A DNA stretch of 64,000 nucleotides from the NCBI GenBank assembly GCA_010093815.1, contig ML996565.1, one strand, 5' to 3'. Positions 60,250 to 64,000 of the stretch are shown one piece after another. This stretch comes from Pseudovirgaria hyperparasitica (taxonomy: Eukaryota). A program made the translations under genes and the position numbers. Positions within the stretch are counted from its first letter, which is position 1; every line of letters starts with the position of its first letter. The notes under the pieces are model-generated. The model had not been told where the DNA came from, did no database searches, and saw nothing but the letters and a program-made list of their open reading frames with translations.

Positions 60250-62952
60250 ATGTGGCTCATTCTCGCCCTCGTCCTTTCCGCTCTTCCCTCCGCATACACG
60301 TCTGCAGCTAGTGCCGCGTCCGAAATGCCTCGAGGTGACCACAGCCAGTCGAGCATAGTTGCTGCTGCAGGCGACAAGTTCGTAATTCCAGGATGGCAGC
60401 TCCAATCCTCTCGAAATGCTACTGATACTCCTGAGCATATTTCGAGACCAGGTTTCGACACTTCTACATGGCTGAATGTGTCCCCAAGAACTACAGTCTT
60501 TGCGGGCTTTCTCGAAAATCGCGTCTATCATGATACCGACCTCTTCTTTTCGGACAACCTCAACAAGACCGTCGACTACTCCAGATACAATGTGCCGTTC
60601 TATTACCGTTATGAGTTCCATGTCGAGACGCAGTCTAGCCAACGATACTTCCTCCAGACCCACGGCATAACTTCGCGAGCCCAAATCCATCTCAATGGTG
60701 GAATGCTAGCCGATGAGTACACACAGGTGGGCGCATATGGAGGCTCTAAGTACGACATCACAGAACACCTGCTAAAGGACAATTGCTTGCTCATTACTGC
60801 CTTTCCCACAAACTATCTTCGCGACTTTGCATTGGGCTTTATAGACTGGAACCCTTACCCTCCCGACAATGGCACTGGTGTCTGGCGCGATATTGAGATT
60901 TACCAGACCGGCAAGGTATCCTTGTCGACCCTGCGAGTTGCTACAGACTTCGCTCCTGATAATCCCACGACAGTAGACCCCGCTTCCGTCAACATCGAGA
61001 TTGTCACCGATGTTACAAATCATTGTGACAATGTCGTTAGTACTGTCCTCACTGCCGAAGTTCGGGACTTCCCCTACAGAGACGACTCACTCGTAACCAC
61101 CAAATCAACCACTGTGACTCTACAGCCTGGAGAGCAAAAATCAGTTCGCGTACCACTTACCCTTGAAAAACCCAAGATATGGTGGCCAAGTGGTTGGGGC
61201 TCCCAGCATCTCTACATAGCATCGCTTTCTGCCACTATCTCGAATCAGACCACCGACATCGCCCCTCCTGTCCGATTCGGTATCCGGAACGTCGTTTCCC
61301 GCGTCAATGCTCACAATGACACCTCATTCACTGTTAACGGCCACCCATTCTTCGTACTTGGTGCCGGCTATACTCCCGACCTATTCTCCCGCTTCTCTCA
61401 GTCCGAATTGTATGTCCAATTCCAACGCGTCCTCGATATGGGCCTAAACACAATCCGGCTAGAAGGCAAGCAATCTCATCCTGACCTCTACTCCCTTGCC
61501 GACTATATTGGTCTCATGGTGTTACCTGGGTGGGAATGCTGCGATAAATGGGAGGGCTGGACGTATAATGACGAAGCAAACGGCGAGAAGTGGGTTGATG
61601 CTGATTACACTACCGCAAATGTATCGATGCGCCATGAGGCCGCCATGATGCAGACACATCCAAGCGTTCTTGGGTTCCTCGTCGGCAGCGACTATTGGCC
61701 CGACGATCGCGCAACATCCATCTACGTCGACGCCTTAAAAGCATTTGATTGGCAAAACCCCATTATTGCAAGTGCTGCGAAACGTGGGTACCCGGAGCTA
61801 CTCGGCCCAAGTGGTATGAAGATGGAAGGCCCCTACGACTGGGTGCCGCCAAACTACTGGGCTTCCGACAAATCCGGCGCCGCATTCGGGTTTGGATCGG
61901 AACTGGGAGCCGGTGTCGGTACGCCTGACATCGCATCGCTTCGGAAATTCCTCTCTGAAGAAGACCTGCGAGATCTATGGACGGCACCTGAGAAAGGACT
62001 GTATCATATGTCGACAAATGTATCGCAGTTCTATACGCGTAAAATCTATAACAACGCCCTATACGCGCGCTACGGAGCTCCTTCGTCGCTAGAAGACTAT
62101 CTACTGAAGGTAGGGATCATGGACTACGAAGCGACGCGCGCCCAGTTCGAAGCCTATAGCATGCGGAAATCAGCTGACCACCCGGCGACCGGCTTGATAT
62201 ACTGGATGTTGAACAACGCCTGGCCGAGCTTGCATTGGCAGCTGTTCGACTACTATCTCAAGCCAACTGCAGCATACTATGGGGTCAAGAATGCCCTGAG
62301 AATGGAGAATGCCGCATTCGATTACGGCGATGGGAGCGTGTGGGTGTATAGCCACCTGCCGTTCACCTCAGGGACACGAAGTGTCGCTGTGGACGTTATT
62401 GACCTGAAAGGAAATGAGCTTGCACACCATGAGAAAAAATTTGACCTGTTGGCGAACAGAGCGCAGCAAGTCATTGAGCACCTGAACATACCTACTGATG
62501 CTGGTGTCGTCGCCCTCAGAATTATCATGAAGAATGAAGACGACAGAGTCTTGAGTCGCAGCGTTTACACACTCCCTCCTTCTCCAGACGCTCTCGATTG
62601 GGATGCTTCGACGTGGTATCACACGCCCGTCTCGAAATACGCCGATTTGACATGCCTCTTCCACATGGGTCAGTCAAAGATTGCTCTCAAATCTCTCGGT
62701 TCATCGTATAATAATATATCTGGGGAGGCTACCTGGGAAGTCAATAACACAGCGAAAGTCCCGGCATTCTTCATTAAGTTTAACATCGTAGATGGGAGTG
62801 GTAAAGATGTTAGTAGTGCAGTGTGGGAAGATAACTTTGTAACATTATGGCCAGGGGAGAGTATAAACGTCAATGTAAGGTGGAGGGGAGCGGACCGGGT
62901 GAGTGTCATGGTGGAGGGATTGAATATAGACAGGGTAGAGCTGGAAATCTAG
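60250..62952 (+). CDS. Secreted GH2 exo-beta-D-glucosaminidase (CsxA/GlsA-like)
   Basis: Signal peptide; FIDWNPYPPDNGTGVWR, GLNTIRLEGK, GWECCDKWE, GSD, GMKMEGPYDWVPP, FGSELGAG, YWMLNNAWPSLHW. Confidence 0.93.
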   Translation: MWLILALVLSALPSAYTSAASAASEMPRGDHSQSSIVAAAGDKFVIPGWQLQSSRNATDTPEHISRPGFDTSTWLNVSPRTTVFAGFLENRVYHDTDLFFSDNLNKTVDYSRYNVPFYYRYEFHVETQSSQRYFLQTHGITSRAQIHLNGGMLADEYTQVGAYGGSKYDITEHLLKDNCLLITAFPTNYLRDFALGFIDWNPYPPDNGTGVWRDIEIYQTGKVSLSTLRVATDFAPDNPTTVDPASVNIEIVTDVTNHCDNVVSTVLTAEVRDFPYRDDSLVTTKSTTVTLQPGEQKSVRVPLTLEKPKIWWPSGWGSQHLYIASLSATISNQTTDIAPPVRFGIRNVVSRVNAHNDTSFTVNGHPFFVLGAGYTPDLFSRFSQSELYVQFQRVLDMGLNTIRLEGKQSHPDLYSLADYIGLMVLPGWECCDKWEGWTYNDEANGEKWVDADYTTANVSMRHEAAMMQTHPSVLGFLVGSDYWPDDRATSIYVDALKAFDWQNPIIASAAKRGYPELLGPSGMKMEGPYDWVPPNYWASDKSGAAFGFGSELGAGVGTPDIASLRKFLSEEDLRDLWTAPEKGLYHMSTNVSQFYTRKIYNNALYARYGAPSSLEDYLLKVGIMDYEATRAQFEAYSMRKSADHPATGLIYWMLNNAWPSLHWQLFDYYLKPTAAYYGVKNALRMENAAFDYGDGSVWVYSHLPFTSGTRSVAVDVIDLKGNELAHHEKKFDLLANRAQQVIEHLNIPTDAGVVALRIIMKNEDDRVLSRSVYTLPPSPDALDWDASTWYHTPVSKYADLTCLFHMGQSKIALKSLGSSYNNISGEATWEVNNTAKVPAFFIKFNIVDGSGKDVSSAVWEDNFVTLWPGESINVNVRWRGADRVSVMVEGLNIDRVELEI

Positions 62953-63648
62953 ATGGTGTTACTGGGTTTAACGTATCACGATAATCAAACAGACTAAAAA
63001 GCCGTCACTGTCATTGTTATTTCTTTATCCCATCATACCAGATGGATAGCGTTCACACGCGCCCAATATTCACAACCTGAAACTCCAATCATAACGTATC
63101 GTATAAGCATTCAAATCACATCTCGAGATCTGTGTCCAAGCAAAGCCTTGGGAGTCAAGTACCGAATACTTATTCCCAATCCCTGTTTCGATACTTTAAC
63201 ATAGCTCTCTTGAAAGACCACTTATCGATGCATTGTCTTAGTGTGATTGTGATCTGTATGCGCCCGATGAGGCTTTAAGAGCTCCTGTAAATGATAGATT
63301 TTGAGCACGTTTTTCCAGCCACTTGTTTCTGCAACACTGCTTGAGATTCAATAGGCTTTACGAGTATACAAAGAAGCACTCACGAGAAGCTTCAATGGGA
63401 AAGGTCGAGATTGACTAGAACAACGTCGTAGGCGCTTTATTGAGGTTGCTCACTGATCGGCTGCTCCTATTTATTATGGAGCCATGTCCATAGGGTTTGG
63501 GACGATGCACTGTGTCGAGAACGATAAGGGCCACACCGTATGATCAAGTACATTCCTTTCAAGCCTGTTAATTCCTCTAGCGGTTTTGATTGTTTGTATG
63601 TGAATACCTCCACTCATTAGCTCGAATGAGAGATATGAGCTTATAGCT

Positions 63649-64000
63649 CTACACATCTAGTTCAACCCTTTCTGTCCGAAGTATCTCTTTCATCTCATCG
63701 TACAGCTTCGAATTCGGAACCATCCATCTTCTACCTCCACGGAAAGTCTTTCTCCGCAGCCTATTGACGTAAGGGATTAGTGGCTGGTAATACGGTGTAA
63801 AGAGCCTCTTTGTATCGTTTATGTCAATCCTTCTCGGCACCATGAGTACCAGCCTTTAGCGTAGCTAGTTTTAGGTCGTTTTCATAGTTCCAGCAGTCAT
63901 ACTCTGTTGCTCCTATAGTATTATTACCCGGCCCGTCATAGTGAATGCATAACCAGAACAACACCCAGAAGAACGACTCTCTAGGTCGTGCATGTAAGAA
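63649..64000 (-). pseudogene. 3' end of a fungal-specific FunK1-type protein kinase pseudogene (continues beyond window)
   Basis: Reverse strand reads SYMHDLE[+AG]SFFWVLFWLCIHYDGP...WNYE...[shift]FTPYYQPLIPYVNRLRRKTF.GG.RW...LY.EM.EILR, with two frameshifts. Confidence 0.75.

Noticed and set aside
57509..62952. Oxygenase + GFA + GH2 as a secondary-metabolite cluster
   Set aside because: No PKS, NRPS, terpene synthase or transporter in the window; functions are unrelated.

Overview
Eukaryotic, intron-containing DNA from a filamentous ascomycete (Pezizomycotina; short ~50-90 nt GT-AG introns with CTRAC branch sites and patches with a RIP signature). About 27 gene models are supportable. Left part (accessory-like): SAM methyltransferase, Q/Y-rich orphan, AA11 LPMO, a RIP-mutated MITE-like element with 33-bp terminal inverted repeats, two hypothetical genes, a degenerate AT-rich zone, then a secreted FaeA-like class-3 lipase transcribed divergently from three tandem HsbA/Mp1p-family genes. 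Middle: DNF3-type P4-ATPase, CFEM/PTH11-like receptor (start codon out of frame), a 3-kb repeat-rich spacer, WDR44-like WD40 gene, membrane protein, F-box-like protein, and a head-to-head pair of paralogous Zn2Cys6 transcription factors (one frameshifted). Right: PaaI thioesterase with PTS1, large membrane protein, HEM3 (GC-AG intron), PEX11C, MKT1, 2OG-Fe(II) oxygenase, GFA/CENP-V protein, GH2 exo-beta-D-glucosaminidase and the 3' end of a decayed FunK1 kinase. The best candidate for an undescribed system is the lipase + 3xHsbA module with FarA/CTF1-type CCGAGG sites, possibly co-regulated with the peroxisomal thioesterase and PEX11C, which share an identical ACCTCGGCTA at about -140. All calls come from reading motifs by eye; no database searches were run.
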